A stretch of DNA of 64,000 bases from Octopus sinensis (Eukaryota), in the NCBI RefSeq assembly GCF_006345805.1, contig NC_042997.1:169446001-169510000 (forward strand), written 5' to 3'. Shown here one piece after another: positions 1-14,041 of the stretch. Position 1 is the first letter of the stretch, and the number at the start of each line of letters is the position of its first letter. Position numbers and translations under genes: made by a program. The notes under the pieces are model-generated. The model made no database searches and was not told where the DNA came from. It saw only the letters and a list, made by a program, of their open reading frames with translations.

Positions 1-800
1 CTAAGGAAACTTAGCAAAATGAATGGCTTGAGAGAGTTGTGCAAGTCTTGTACAGAGCTACTGTCAGCAAGATGAGAGTTAGTAGTAAATTTGGCAAATA
101 ATTTATTGTACAAGGTATGTGTCTAAAAGGCCTCAGTTCTCACTTCCAGATATGTTTTATCATTGTTCTCCAGACCATAACAGAGAGGTTTAAAACCAGC
201 TGTCCATGCAAAACCTGTATGCTGATGATTAAACAGATTTTTCTGAATTTATTAGTGATTTTGAAAAATCCAGATGTTTTCCAGTAAAAGTAAACTAATC
301 AAAGAAAAAGTTTCAGATAGCAGGAAAGAAGACAAATCTCTGTTGACATCCTAAAACGTGATCATGCTTGACATACAGAAAGGGAATGCAAAGGAATTCG
401 ATGTGGTGTACCCATTGTAAACTCTTGGTGCACAAAAGGTGTAATGGGATCGTGAATAATAGAGAATGAAGACTTCTTTGCATTAAAAGCATGAGTAGTT
501 AGCAGTAAGTACACTCGTGAAATAAATTCTTCAAATGCTCAGAAGACTCCATAGAAATATTGAGAGTATCTCTTATCTAGGTGACTTACTTATTAGTGGT
601 GGTGTGTGCTTTAGAAACTCAGCTACCAGAGTAAGAGTGGCGGGGAAATAGTCTAGGAAGTTATTAGCTCAACTGGTAACAAAGGGACAGCAAAGGAAAT
701 ATATCTAAACCCATATTACAAATAGATGAGCAAATACCTTACCCCCTGACAGTACCAATCTATAACACCTTGCTTTTATTGTACAATGAGGAAGAAAATA
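1..800 (+). mobile_element. Degenerate RTE-clade LINE reverse transcriptase fragment
   Basis: Frameshifted remnants of QGSVLSPLLFIIVL...TGCPWELLYADD (120-230), WCTHCKLLVHKRC (403-445) and DLLISGGVC...TRVR...LVTKG (583-690). Confidence 0.7.
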
Positions 801-2425
801 ATTATAGTTGAACAGAGAGGTAAAGATCACAGGTGAAGAAGACTCAGTACAAAGCAACAAAAATAGGTGAGGAAAAACAATTTCTTCCAAACAACAAGAA
901 AATCCATCCCCAGGAAAACACATCAAATGGGAACTAAGATTCACCTTTCTTCAAAATCACACGCAGTTAATAGACTATATTATGCATCGTTCCAAAAAAT
1001 GGTAAACACAAAAATAATTTGCTTCAGAATTTAAACAACATGCAAAAGATAGATTACATGTGAAATTAAATTTAAGCTATAACAAACTTAAAAAGAGAAT
1101 GCCCAGAAGATGTTGGTGTGTTCAACACAACATATTCCAAAAGATGCTTACTAGTGCATTCAGTTGCACTCAAACACAATTTGAGAAATGATTGAATAAA
1201 TGTAAGAGGTTGTGAAGTTTTCTAAGTGAATTTAACCAGAAAGCCTTCTGGTTTTATTTCTTTAAATTATATCTTGTTTTAATCATTGTGTTTTATTGTA
1301 CTTTTATTACATTTATTTCCATGCAAATATATGAATGTATGCATATGTATATGTCTGGGTATGTGTGCATATGTGTGTACAAGAATTCATGTGTATATTT
1401 GTGTGTGAGTGTATGTGTGTATGCATGCATATATATGTATGTGCATATCTATACATGTGTGTGTGCATGCGCCTTTACAATTCTTAATACATCCAGCTAA
1501 ATATTGCATAATATCCCTTACCTCATTCTCTTTGTACACTGTAAATGTGTTTATTTATTTATTTTTTTCCTTTTACATTCCATATTTTCCTCTTTTCCTT
1601 TGTAACTGCTAGTGAAGGTTTTTTTTGTATTTCTTCATACTCTTGTGGCTAATAGACAAAAGATCATCATCATCATCATCGCCATCATCATCTTCATCAT
1701 CGTTGTTGTTGTTGTTGTTGTTGTTGTTATTATTATTATTATTATTATAATTACACTAAAAAAATTTATCATTCAAAAATGTTTTTTAAAAAACCCATTC
1801 AATCAGATGTATCCAGTTACTCTTTTACCAATGGCAAATATAAATTATTTCTTCCTGATTTGATATATATAAATATCCATCCTTTAGTATCTTTTTTCTA
1901 AAATTTCTGTCAACTTACATGTAAAAGAGAAAAACAAAATAAAAACAGCCATTCTTTCATAATGCTTTTTTAGAAATAACTTATATTGAATTTCTTCATA
2001 GCAAATATGCTTTCAAATATGTATTTGGAATATGTTGTTTTTCAAATTCCAGTCTATGTTTTCAAAATATATAGTCTTTTCATATTTTATCGCTAACCTC
2101 ACAATTTATGAACCACAAGGAACATCTAGTGCTTCTCATGAAAATTATGGTTAACAAGCAGTAGCCATGGAATTTTGAAGATAGTTGAAAGTTTATTGAG
2201 AACTATGAAATATATAAAGTCTTTGGAAATTGTATTTTGTTTGAAACATTTAATTTTTTAGATCATTAAAAGTCCACATAGATATTGAATGTGTAGTCTT
2301 AGGAAACATCTCCAAATGTTATATTTCTCATTATATATAATGTAACTTTGGTAAATATATCTATTAAAATGAGAGGTCAGTGTTATTTTCATTTTTGGGA
2401 ATTTAGACAAGAGTTTATTCACTGC

Positions 2426-2474
<49 letters not shown>

Positions 2475-2478
<4 letters not shown>

Positions 2479-2706
2479 GTGGTACGTAAAAAGCACCAAC
2501 CAATCGTGACCATTGCCAGCCCCCCTGGCACCTGTGCTGGTGGCACGTAAAAAGCACCCACTACACTCACAGAGTGGTTAGCATTAGGAAGAGCATCCAG
2601 ATCAGACTGGAGCCTGGTGCAGCCACCTGGCTTCCCAGGCCCCGGTTGAACCATCCAGCCCATGCTAGCATTGAAAGTGGACGTAAATCGATGATGATGA
2701 TGATGA
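2475..2706 (+). mobile_element. SINE-like family A (internal ~65-bp repeats, (GAT)n tail)
   Basis: aaaagcacccactacactc...ttaggaag.gcatccag...ccatgctagcat...gatgatgat; this body recurs in at least 9 copies in the window. Confidence 0.8.
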
Positions 2707-2733
2707 TATATATATATATATATATATACATAT

Positions 2734-2768
<35 letters not shown>

Positions 2769-2910
2769 CATACATACATACATAATACATACATGCATAC
2801 ACATATATATTTATGTATGCATGTATATATGTATATATATATACACATACATACATATACACATACACACATATATACAAATACATATGTGTACATACAC
2901 ACACACACAC

Positions 2911-2945
<35 letters not shown>

Positions 2946-2989
2946 TATGTATGTATACCTAATACACCGTTCTGTCTGAAGTATTAGAA

Positions 2990-3700
2990 TTGACCAAGTC
3001 TAGGATCTTAGAATCTTTACATTTCTTTTTTTGTCCACTACAGTCATATCTCGTCTCCTTACTCAATAGTACGGATAGTCTTTATTGAGAAACCCCACAA
3101 AATCCTGTAATTGTCATTCACGATCACAGCCTCTGGTTCATGTGCATAAAACATTTCAGTCACTTTGAATTCAAACACTCAGCTAACATGTAATGAAATT
3201 TTTATCAACATAGCCATGCCTAAGCTTATACTCTTTTTGTGCTAGTTTACTGCATTCGCTTAAGAGATAATTGATACTTTCAACTTCTTTTCCACAGACT
3301 CTGCACTCGCCCTCTGAGTTTTATCAATTTTTGTTTTTATCTAGTTTGTTCTAATGACTTCCTCCCGAGCAGCTAGAATCAACAATTTATTTCCTCATTT
3401 CAGGATGTCATCTGCCAGCCATAAGCAGTGTTCTTTACCTCCTACATCTTTGGTTTATTGCATGAGCTGATCATGCAATTTCTTCTCTTTCCAACAATAA
3501 ATCCTTGTTCTTTTCTTCTATTCTCAAATTCTCTGGCTGCTTTAGTGACATTTTAGATATTTCTAATTCCAGACAGCATTCTTTCTTCACTATGTTCAGC
3601 ATAATTTTTTAAACCCAATATCATATTACTGACAGTGTCTTCTGTGTTTAACAAACCCCTGCCTCAACCTCTTTCTTGGTCAGTAGAACCTGTCGATATT
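2990..3700 (-). mobile_element. R4/Dong-clade LINE relic (C-terminal zinc knuckle / REL region)
   Basis: Minus-strand remnants LILAA...IRTN...IDKT...CRVCGKEVESINYLLSECSKLAQKEYK.RH...HEPEAV...YRILWGF, with many stops. Confidence 0.6.
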
Positions 3701-5544
3701 ACTTTTAGAGTGATGATCACTGCATATTGAAAGCAGGTCCCTAGTTCTATCTGGTTCCTGTAGCTCTGTCTATATTCACTTTAGAAAGCAAGCAGAGTGT
3801 CTCTGCACTGGTGTGGCATGTATTGATTGTCTTGACAGCATTTCCTCCATTTAGTTTACACAACCATGCCAGCACCATTTCCACTACCACCACCACCATC
3901 ACCACCACTACTGCTACTGTTATCATCACAATGCAGCAGCAGCATTATTGTAAGATTTTTCATCATCATTGTGTGTGTGTATGTATGTGTGTGTGTGTGT
4001 GTGTGTGTGATATGATACTGATGATGACAATAACAATGATGAAAATAGACACAACGACAATAATGATGATGACGTGGTGTGATGACGATGGCAGTAGTAG
4101 TGGTGATGGTGATGGTGCTGGTGTCGGTGGTGATAACTAGATTTAATAAAAATATTGAAGATCTGTCAAGAGATTTAAGACGACTAAGAGGATATTTTCA
4201 TTTATATTTTCATTGAATTAAATACCGTAACACACTGAACAAGTACACTCTACTACACACTGTAGTATGCACTACTACCCAAATAATATGTAGTACATTG
4301 TACCACACAAATATGAAGGTACACAGCTGGAACACCTTCAACCACAGTTCTGTTCAATCAAGGCTGATAACAACGACAGAATAAATGTGGTTAAATCATA
4401 GGTAGAAACGGAATGATAAATTTCATTTTCTTTATCTTCTTATTCTTTGTTCTTCTTTTTTCTTCAAACTCTGTCTCATGTATCTTTTTAAATATTTTTT
4501 TCTCGCCATCTCATTTTGTAATATAATAATGTACTTTTATTTTATAGCTTTCATGTTTTTCATTTTCTCTTTTTTCTCTGTTTTATATTTTCAAACTTCT
4601 AACACTTTTTTTTCCTTTTAATTCCCTTTTCCTGTATATTCTGACATATTTTGTATCATTTTTCTGTATTCAGATTATCTTTTTATATTTCTTTTCAAAA
4701 AGGAATGCCTGGAAGACATTTTAGTTTAAGAACATAATCTTTCTGATAGTTTAATTATCTTTCAGTTTGTAGTATGCTTTTGTAGCCTTGTAAATTTATA
4801 GTAATGTGTGAACAATTATACCTGATGTAGTAAGCTAAGAAATTTTGATTAATTGAAATTATTCTTTTAGTGATAAGAATGAAACATTATCAAAATAATT
4901 ACTTCAGATCAAAAAAGCAAGAGTGACAATCCTGAAATTTTAAATTAATTAAAATCAATTAAATATAAAACTCATTGAAGAGTTAGTTTTGTCATATAGT
5001 AGTATAGTGACAACTCCAGACATATTTCTCTCTTATTGGACCTCATCAGCAAAGCAGTCTCCTTATAACTGCAAGATAGGATTCCTATTCACTATATTTC
5101 ACACTTAAACTTAATTAATCAAAATTTCAAGATTGTTTCCCCTACCACCATTTTTCTTTACCTCAATTAGTCATTTAGATGATAAATTGTTCTTACCACT
5201 ATGGGGAAGATTTTAATTAATAAAAAATTTATTAGCTTACTACATAATGTATGCTGGCATTCACTTTGCTATTAAGTTTTCATGCAGCAGGCATTCCTGA
5301 GTTTTTTTTCCTTGGTATTAATGTGTATTGCAGTTGTAAGTTAAATAATGATATCAAACATACAACTCTGAAAACAAAGAAAGAAAGAGAAAACCTACTA
5401 TGGTTGTATGTATAACTGATGTAAACAAGAGTTAAATAGCCATAAGATTAAGTAGCAAAGGCCCTAGTATTGAAGCATGAGGCACCTCACAAGTGAAGAC
5501 TGAGAAATTAGAAAAGTAACAAATTGACAGTGTGATGTCATTGT

Positions 5545-6105
5545 CATCGTCATGTGACGATGGAGGCAGTGGCAACAGTGGTGGCGGCAGTGATTTCAGT
5601 GACAGTGGCAGTGGTGGTGGCAGTGGTGGTAGTAGCGGTGGTGGCAACACCGGCAGTAACATCCATAGCAGTGGCAGCAGCAGATGCAACAGCAAATAAC
5701 AAAGCAGTAACAACAGTAGCAGCAGCAGTAATGGTAGTGGCAGCAGCAGTGGAGGTAGCAGCAGTGTTAGCAGTGGCAGTACCAAAAGCAACAGCAGCAA
5801 ATGGCAGCAGTGGCAATAGCAGCAGCAGCAATGGCAGTGGTGGCAACAGCAGCAGCAGCAGCAACGACAGCAGTGACAACAGCAGCAATGGCAACAGCAG
5901 TGGCAATGGCAGCAGTAGCAAATGTGGTGGCAATGGTGGCAGCAGCAATGGTGGTGGCAGCAATGTCAATACCAGCAATGGATGCTGTTGCAGTAACTGT
6001 GACAGTGGCAACGGGAGCACAGCAGTGACTGCAGTGATAGAGGCAGCAGCTGCAGTAGCAGCAGCAGTGGCAGCAACAACCACAGCAGTGGTGGAAGTGT
6101 TCTAA
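5545..6105. repeat. Degenerate GCA/GTG/GCA trinucleotide low-complexity tract
   Basis: Stop-poor in several frames on both strands. Similar tracts at 3875-4135, 9410-9690 and 18350-18495. Confidence 0.9.
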
Positions 6106-8045
6106 TCTGCCAATCCAGCTTAGGTTGATGGATTATCACTAATTCAATCAGTTCTTATTCAGAGTTGCTGCTTTCTCAAGCATACTTCCTCACTCATACA
6201 TGTTAATTTGGCATGATTTCCATGACTGTATGCCTTTCCTAACACCAACCATTTTACAGAGTGTACTGGTTGCATTTTATCATGGCACAAATGATAGAGG
6301 TTGTCTTGTTTCCAAAGGCAAAACTAAAGGGTCTTCTTGACCTTACATCATCTCTGCTCACCAACCCATTTACTGAATGTTCTCAGTACATTTCATCATG
6401 GTACAAGACTACAGAGATTGTCATCCTCCATTCAAGACAACTTGATTCTACCCTACCGCCATTAACCCCATCTTGGTCACACAATCTTGAATGAACCCAT
6501 TATTGATAATTTTTTTTTAAAATGAGAAGAATTCCAAACAGCAATATCACTGAATAATATCCAATAAAATCTCAAAATTAATGGTGTCAAAAGATTTGGA
6601 GGATCCAGTAAAGAAATCATTCCATGCTTATTGACATTAGCAAAGGCACATGGCCAAGTGGTCAGAATGTTAGATTCATGGTCACAAGATCACTGTTTCA
6701 ATTGCCAGCCAAGGTGATGCATTGCACTCTTGAGCAAAACACTTCATTTCATGTTGTTCTAGGCCACTCAGCTGTAAATGAGATCCAGTAATACCTGGAA
6801 AGTTAAGTCTGTAATGGATTAGTGACCCATTCAGTACGAGAAGGCTGTAATCACAATCACTTATATGCAATGGTAACTATATTTAGCTCAAGTGGCCTTA
6901 TGAGTCCTACAGGACAGACCTAAGTAAGTTATCAGAAATTTCAAAAGAAGTGACAATTGTTAATCAAATCAGTAACAGTCATTTTTATTTAACCTCATTA
7001 AAACTATTGTTAGTAATACTTTAGAAAAGGGTATGTTGCTGGTGTTGAATAATTCACTTCTGATGAGTATTTTTGTTGGCATACAATGTTGGATTCAAAA
7101 TTTCCTGTCAAAAAAGTGGCTAGCTGGCAGAATAAGTAGCATGCTGGGCAAAATGTATAGTGGCATTTCAACCATCTTTATGCTCTCAGTTCAAATTCCA
7201 CTGAGGTTGACTTTACCTTTCATCAATAAAATAGGTATCAGTTGAAAACTGGGGGGGGGGGGTCAATGTAACCAACTTATCCCCTCCCCTGAAATTGCTG
7301 ACTTTGTGGAAAAATTGGAAATCAATATTTCCTGTCAAATCTGCTTAACACTGGGCTAACTGGATTGACTCCCTGGCCCAAAAGAGCTTCATGATTTTCA
7401 CCAATTTTTATTACCTTCATTATATAAAAAAGATTCATTATATAAGAAAGATTCTTCTACTAGATGCTGGTTGCAATATGTAAGAAAAAACTCATTTCTG
7501 GTGACCAAATCTTGTGGAAAGATGGAGAATTCTCAAAAATCCTTCAAATTTAATGGAAAGATAGCTGAAAAACAAAGTACAAAAATGCTTCCATTTAATT
7601 AGAGGATGATTGTGTAAAAATTAAAATATCAAAAGACTTGTAACTGAAAAACTTGTCCAATATGCTAAATCTACCATACATGAAGAGTTTGCCACCAATA
7701 CAACAAATATTACACTTCCTTAATTCTCTGAGCAAGGCAATGTAGATATTTAACTTTTGATGACAACTCACTTGAAACTGTCATTGGTTCTATGATAAAA
7801 AACTAACAATTTTTAAGTATTTGTCTTCAAATTAATATCTTCCATTGCAACTTCATGCAAGAACCCTTTGCTAAACTATGTCCCAAACACTAAATTAATA
7901 ATGTAATTACTTAATTTTATAAATCTTGATTATTTCTAAAATTAAATAGAGCACACAAGGTGTGTGTATCAGCTCACTTGAAGCATTGTGAAATAATAAA
8001 GAAAGGAAGACAGAATACAGAGATCTCTTTGCAGAGTTCCTTATA

Positions 8046-8916
8046 TGTGGTCTGATCAATAAGTATCCGGGCTGTTGCTATAGTAACAAAGCCAAAGCAC
8101 AGAGAGTGGTACAGATTGACCTTAAACTCTGCAGTGTTTGTGCACTAAGTTTTAATGTTCTATCTCACTTCTGCTGTTTACAGCAGTACTTGGAAGGAAT
8201 GTGTGTAGCATGTGATCATCGCATTGAACATGACAGAAGATGAGCAGAGGCTCTGCATCAAATTTTCTCAAAAGCTTGACAATACCTGCTCAGAGGCCTA
8301 TGCAAAGTTTTCAAAAGGTTTTCACCATTCTCGACACAATCAAGGAGATCTTGTGCAACTGAAATCTGAGTGTCTTTTTGGTCAGCTGAAAGCAGTTTTG
8401 GCACAAACTTGGCAGACATATTTCATATCCAAAACTTAAGTGAAAATGAACTGAACTAAATAGTAACTAATCTGCACATCCCCTGATAATTCATAGATGG
8501 TGATTCAACAATTTCCCCTCACAGCTGCATGCTCATCTGCGACGTTTTTCTCAGTTCTGCTGGTTGCAGGTCTCCCAGAATGTTTGTCAATGTCAACATT
8601 TTTTTGGCCATCTTGGAAACGTCTGAACCACTTGTACACTTGTGTGCGGATCCTACACTACTCTCCATAGACTTTCTACAACTTTGTGTCGGCCTCTGAG
8701 CAGGTATCGTCATGACAACTTTCTCTGTCATGGTCAATGCAACAATTACACACTACACACCTTCCTTCCAAGCACTGCTGTAAACATCAGAAGTGAGCTA
8801 GGATGTTAAAACTTAGTATACAGGGTTCAAAGTCAATCTGTGCCAAGCAGGTTCACTCTGCATGCTTTAGCATCCTTCCTATGGCAACAGTCTGGATACT
8901 TATTGATCAGATCTTG
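8046..8916. mobile_element. Non-autonomous mariner derivative with two inverted 5' ends
   Basis: TIR ggtctgatcaataagtatcc with TA at both flanks. Transposase N-terminus on + (MTEDEQRLCIKF) and on - (QVYKWFRRFQDG...SGRPATS...AKFVP). Confidence 0.85.
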
Positions 8917-10049
8917 TATATTTTAGGTGAATGATCCAGCAACTGCTAGCTTCTAATAATTCGCAACTGTTTTACCTGAAATATATAAGGAATTAATACA
9001 TCTTTAATCCTCTCTTTGCATTTTAAGATTCTTTCTATGTTATTTCTTTCTGTAATATCAGAAATAAGTTTGAGAAAGGGGTAAAAAAATTCAGAAATTC
9101 TCTCAAAGAAAAAAACCCTTATATCAAAAATATTTTATCCACATTTTTTTCCTCTGTAGATATATCTACTTGTGTTCTATTCATTATAGAAAAAAGAATG
9201 TAAAGCATTTCCTATATATATATTCTGATTTACTTGACTAAAGGCACAATCAATTTAAAGAAAGTGGTTTAAGTCTATGCTCTTGTTCTTCAATAAATGT
9301 GAATTTACACTATGTTCATATTTATGCATAAGTAATTCCATTTGCAGGCCCAGGGCAGAACTAATTTCAATAAGGAATCCTTTTATAAATTAAGATTTTC
9401 ATCCCATGAATAACAACAGCTATTATTTTATTGTTGTTGTTGGTGGTGGTGGTGGTGGTGGTGGCAGCGGTGGTGGTTGTGGTGATGGTGGTGGTGGTGG
9501 TGGTGGCAGCGGCGGCAGCAGTAACAGCAGCAGCAGCAACAGCAGTAGTAGTGGTGGTGGCGGTGGTGATGGTGATTGTGGTGATGGTGGTGGTGGTGGT
9601 GGTGGTGGTGGCGGCGGCGGCGGCGGCGGCAGCAGTAACAGCAGCAGTACCAACAGCAGTAGTAGTGGTGGTGGTGGTAGTAGTAGCAGTATTTTATTAA
9701 CATGCCTTCATTACACATCTGAATGCAATTCTGTGTTTTCTGGGTATATGCAGATGTTACATTTTGCTTTGCCTTTGTGGGGGATTTTATTGTATTGAGA
9801 ACATTCTATATAACTGTCTTAAAGAGTTTGTTACTCTGTATGTTGTATACAGGTGTAAGTCTTGGGGTTAAGTTAGTTATTTACCTACATTGATTTAATC
9901 ATTCTCAAGGCATATACTACTATAAGTAGTGTTTCTGTTTTCTGTCTCTATCTTCTGGTTATATCTCATTCTCGATTTTTTCATTTAAATGTTTCATTTC
10001 TTTTAGACATATATTGTTGCCTGCTGAATATGACATAATTTGGATCTAT

Positions 10050-11040
10050 TTCTTTTCCTCATAATCCTTGGCAATAATCAAGCAGAATTGCTTGAATTGG
10101 CATGTCCCAGAGTATTGCCACTTTGCCGTTCTCCAAGAACTTTTGTAATGCATGTTTGATCTCTATTCTGAAATTAATTTTGCAATACTGGTATAATTTC
10201 CAGTCTATGAATGCTTCAGCCTGTAAATACATACATACATGCATGCATACATACATTTTAAGGTGGCGAGCGGGCAGAATTGTTAGCAAGATGGGCAAAA
10301 TGCTTAGCAGTATTTCATCTGTCTTTACGTTCTGTGTTCAAATTCCGCCGAGGTCGACTTTGCCTTCTATCCTTTCGGGGTTGATTAAATAAGTACCTGT
10401 TATACACTGGTGTCAATCTCATCGACTTAATCCTTTTTTTCTGTCCTTGTTTGTCCCTCTATGTTTAACCCCTTATTTAATCGACCCCGAAAGGATGAAA
10501 GGCAAAGTCGACCTCGGTGGAATTCGAACTCAAAACATAGCGGCAGACGAAATACCACTGAGCATTTCACCCTGCAAGCTAACGTTTCTGCCAGTTTGCC
10601 ACCTTAGCACATATGTAAATATTGCAAAACTTTTGACTTACCTCAATTGTATAACTTATCATTGAAACAGCTACAGTACTGATGCATTTTTGCCTTATTC
10701 TTTACATTTAGCTCTATTTTTAAGTATAAACCTAAAGCTTCTATAAAATCTCTTCTTTGACATTTCCTACTACTTCGTAGTCTGTATAATTCATTAACTC
10801 TTAAATATTTGTAAATCTGTGTTTTGTCTAATTCTTTAATCTTTATTTCTTTATCTAACATGATGTTGGTGGAGTTAATTACAAATTACTTTGCTTCATT
10901 TCTTTTTAATACCAAATTTCCTGTGAATTGCACAACTGTAATTGTGTAATGCAGACTCAAAGGAATCGTTAACAGGGCCTTTGAGTACACAAGACAATAC
11001 AAGCAATGGCAAGCAGATAAAGACGTGGGATGTTCTAACC
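10050..11040 (-). mobile_element. R4/Dong-clade LINE relic interrupted by an inverted SINE pair
   Basis: IKELDKTQIYKYLRVNE...LKIELNVKNK (10643-10861) and ENGKVAILWDMPI (about 10100-10140). Confidence 0.55.
10259..10606. mobile_element. Two tRNA-derived SINE family B copies, tail to tail
   Basis: Head ggtggcgagc.ggcagaa...B-box gttcaaattcc. The + copy spans 10261-10470 and the - copy 10472-10606. Confidence 0.85.
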
Positions 11041-11277
11041 CAAATTAGCCAGTAATGTTTCTTCTATTTCATTTTAATTTTGTTTTAATAATTGTGTTTT
11101 ATATAGCTTTTTATTTACTTGTGGAAAAATGAATACATGTGTGTTTTGTTTGTATCATCATCATCATCATCATCATGCCACCATCATATTGTTTTAGCAT
11201 CTACTTTTCCATCCTTGCATGGTATGTATATATACACGTATACACACACACACACACATAAATGCATACAAATATAC

Positions 11278-11329
<52 letters not shown>

Positions 11330-12474
11330 ATTTAATTATATAAATATAATTATAAAATTATAAGGGTAGCTACTAATCATTCTCATTTTCTCTTCTAAAT
11401 GTAAGAAACCCTGAAGCTTCTCTACAAGAAGCTGGTCTCACCCACTAGCTTCTCTCATATATTAACCCCTTTAACTCCTAGTATATATACCCCACTGCTC
11501 ATTGGGGTTCATAGCTTTGCAAGTTATGTGGTGACTTCACTATTGCTATTGGCACATAAAATAGAGCACCCGTATACATAGTCAAGTGGCAGGCATTCTA
11601 TGGCTGGGTGACCTTCCTAATGGCTTACAGATGTTCCAACTGAAGGTCACCATCCCAATCTTAACATTTTCAAAGAGGCTGCAAAGGTTGCAAGTAATTA
11701 GCTCTTTCTTCTGTGTAAATCATCACCAATTATTCTTTTTTTTTATTATTTATTTATTATGTAATTTATTTGTGTGAGTTGTGTCTATACAACCCACCCC
11801 AAAATATTTTGGTTTGTCTCTATCACTGTACCCTAATGAATATGCTTTTGTTGCCCTTGTGGCAAAGTAAAATAAAATCATTATCTATCACATGATGTAA
11901 TAATGATGGAATCATCTGAAAAGATTAAGTGTAAAAGCCTCTTAAATCTGCTCAGTCAGTTTCAACTGGTTGATGGATATTAACCTGACCATTTCATTAA
12001 AATACACTGGATGTGGAACATTCATAATGTGTGGGCTAGATCTTACTTAGAGAAAACAATTTTTGTTAAATTAATAGATAGGGATAATGTAGGCAGCCTA
12101 CTCTGTCTGCTTTTCAGATTAATAGTCAGCTTAATACTTTTAGATATTGCTATGGAATTTAGTTTTAGCAAACATGTCACAGCCATTTTTCAATGAGGCA
12201 AGCAGTCTAAGTCAGTAAGTACTGAGTTTGAGATCAACCTGACAAACAAGAACAAGAAATGGATAAGCATACAAGCATTTAGTCATTACTGAAGACCAGA
12301 AGAAATGTACTATGAATAAAATTAAGTAAGAGTAATACAGCAGTCTACAATAATGTTGATTTTTAATATAGACACAAAGATGCAAATTTTTTTAATGTGA
12401 GTATAGGTCAATCCTAGTATTTGACTCATCATTTCCACTATAGTCTGCTGCACTGCTTCCCTTATCAAAAGCTA

Positions 12475-12946
12475 CTGTAAATCCTCGAGTATAGTCTGCC
12501 CTTGAGTATAATACACAGGGGATTTTTAGGGGGCTGTACCTCTGAAAAACCTAAACCTTGAGTATAATACGCACCCCTTCTCTAACTTGAGTTTGTAAAA
12601 CTGTATACGGTAATATCCTTTATTATTATTGTATATGTAACATAATGCAAACGTGTAGCTTTTTTGTGCATTTTGTTTGCAGAAAATAAAGAAATAACAG
12701 TAATAACATTTAATAAATGCAAGTTATGGATGATTCTTTTTGACTTCATTGCTTTCAGGCTTAGCTTAAGGTATTTTCGCGCCCGACATCACAAAATGCA
12801 TCTGAATAAACATTGCCGGACAACAATTAGACTCAGACATTGCTTTGAATATAATTTTCATTTTTAACATCGTATATAGTATACACTAGGGATTTTGACC
12901 TTTAAATTTTTGGAAAAAAATGCGGATTATACTTGAGGATTTATGG
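12475..12946. mobile_element. 472-bp pogo-type MITE
   Basis: 25-bp TIRs ctgtaaatcctcgagtatagtctgc / gcggattatacttgaggatttatgg, with TA TSD. Confidence 0.75.
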
Positions 12947-13291
12947 TAATTTAACCACAGTGAGATTTGAAGACAGAACATAAAGGATCATAACTAAATA
13001 ACACAAGGAATTTTGTCCAGTGCTCTAACAGTTCTGCCATCAAAAGGTTACAATAATATCATTTCAAATTTTGGCTCAAGGCCAGCAATATTAGGAGGAG
13101 AGGTAGTTAATTACATTGACCCCAGTACTTGACTGATACTTTATTTTAATGACCGCCACCCCCCACCAAAAAAAAAGGATGAAAGGCAAAGTTGACCACA
13201 GTGAGATTTGAGTTCAGCATGTAAAGAGCCAGAAAAATACTGTTAAGCATTTTGTCTGAAGTGCTGGCAATTTTGCCAGCTCTTTGCCTCA

Positions 13292-13435
13292 TCAAGAATG
13301 CAGATGTCCCTAGGCTATTACTCTATAGAAAATATACTGATGGTCACTGAATGAGATAGATTATAGGCTAAAACTGAAGCATAGTTTCAATGTCTTCTAA
13401 CTTTATATTATATACCTGCTATTGCACCTCCCTCA
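13292..13435 (+). repeat. 144-bp direct repeat, copy 1 (copy 2 at 15169-15312)
   Basis: 3 substitutions and no indels between the copies. Confidence 0.95.
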
Positions 13436-13468
13436 AAACTATCATCTCAAATACAAATTAAATATTAA

Positions 13469-13676
13469 CCCTTTCGTTACCAACCCAGCTGAAACTGGCT
13501 CTGGCTCTGAGTACAAATGTCTTGTTTTCATAAGTTTTGAATTAAAATCTTAGTCACAGTTTATGTTCCTAATACTAGCTGAATGGTAACTAAGTTATTT
13601 TACTAAATTCTTTGTTATATTCAAAGTAATTGACAGAAACGCAGAGCGTCTCAAAATAAATACAGTAACAAAAAGG
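13469..13676. mobile_element. 208-bp piggyBac-type MITE (copy 1)
   Basis: TTAA at both ends with CCCTTT...AAAGG termini; a homologous copy is at 19951-20158. Confidence 0.75.
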
Positions 13677-14041
13677 TTAAAGAGTAAAGGAATTAAACTG
13701 AAAATAAAGACGAAAACAGTCTAATCCCCGGATTTCCAGATATGTCCTATAGTTTTGATATCAATTAGAAGCTGCACAAAGTCCATTAGGCACAAAAACA
13801 AAAAAAATAACAAATAATATTTAGATTCAATCTCACTTAGGCTGACACATGAAACATTTGCATACCTAACAAAATTAAAGGAGAGTTCTTGTGTCACTGG
13901 AGATGTTTGATAAATCTTTACAATTGATTAGTTTATAAATTTACTTTCACAGAAAACAAACCACTTTACATTGCTTAGAAGTGAAGATGACAAAACCCCA
14001 AATCTACACTTTATATTTGAGGTAACAGAAAAATTATGCAA

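Noticed and set aside
5432-6105. Long ORFs of 122-183 aa on both strands
   Set aside because: Trinucleotide low-complexity DNA that lacks stops in several frames; no domain and no splice context.
9406-9798. Gly/Ser-, Pro-, His/Cys- and Val-rich ORFs
   Set aside because: All are readings of one GGT/GCA microsatellite.
10262-10345. tRNA genes suggested by A/B-box-like motifs
   Set aside because: These are SINE heads: no complete cloverleaf, and they continue into multi-copy SINE bodies.
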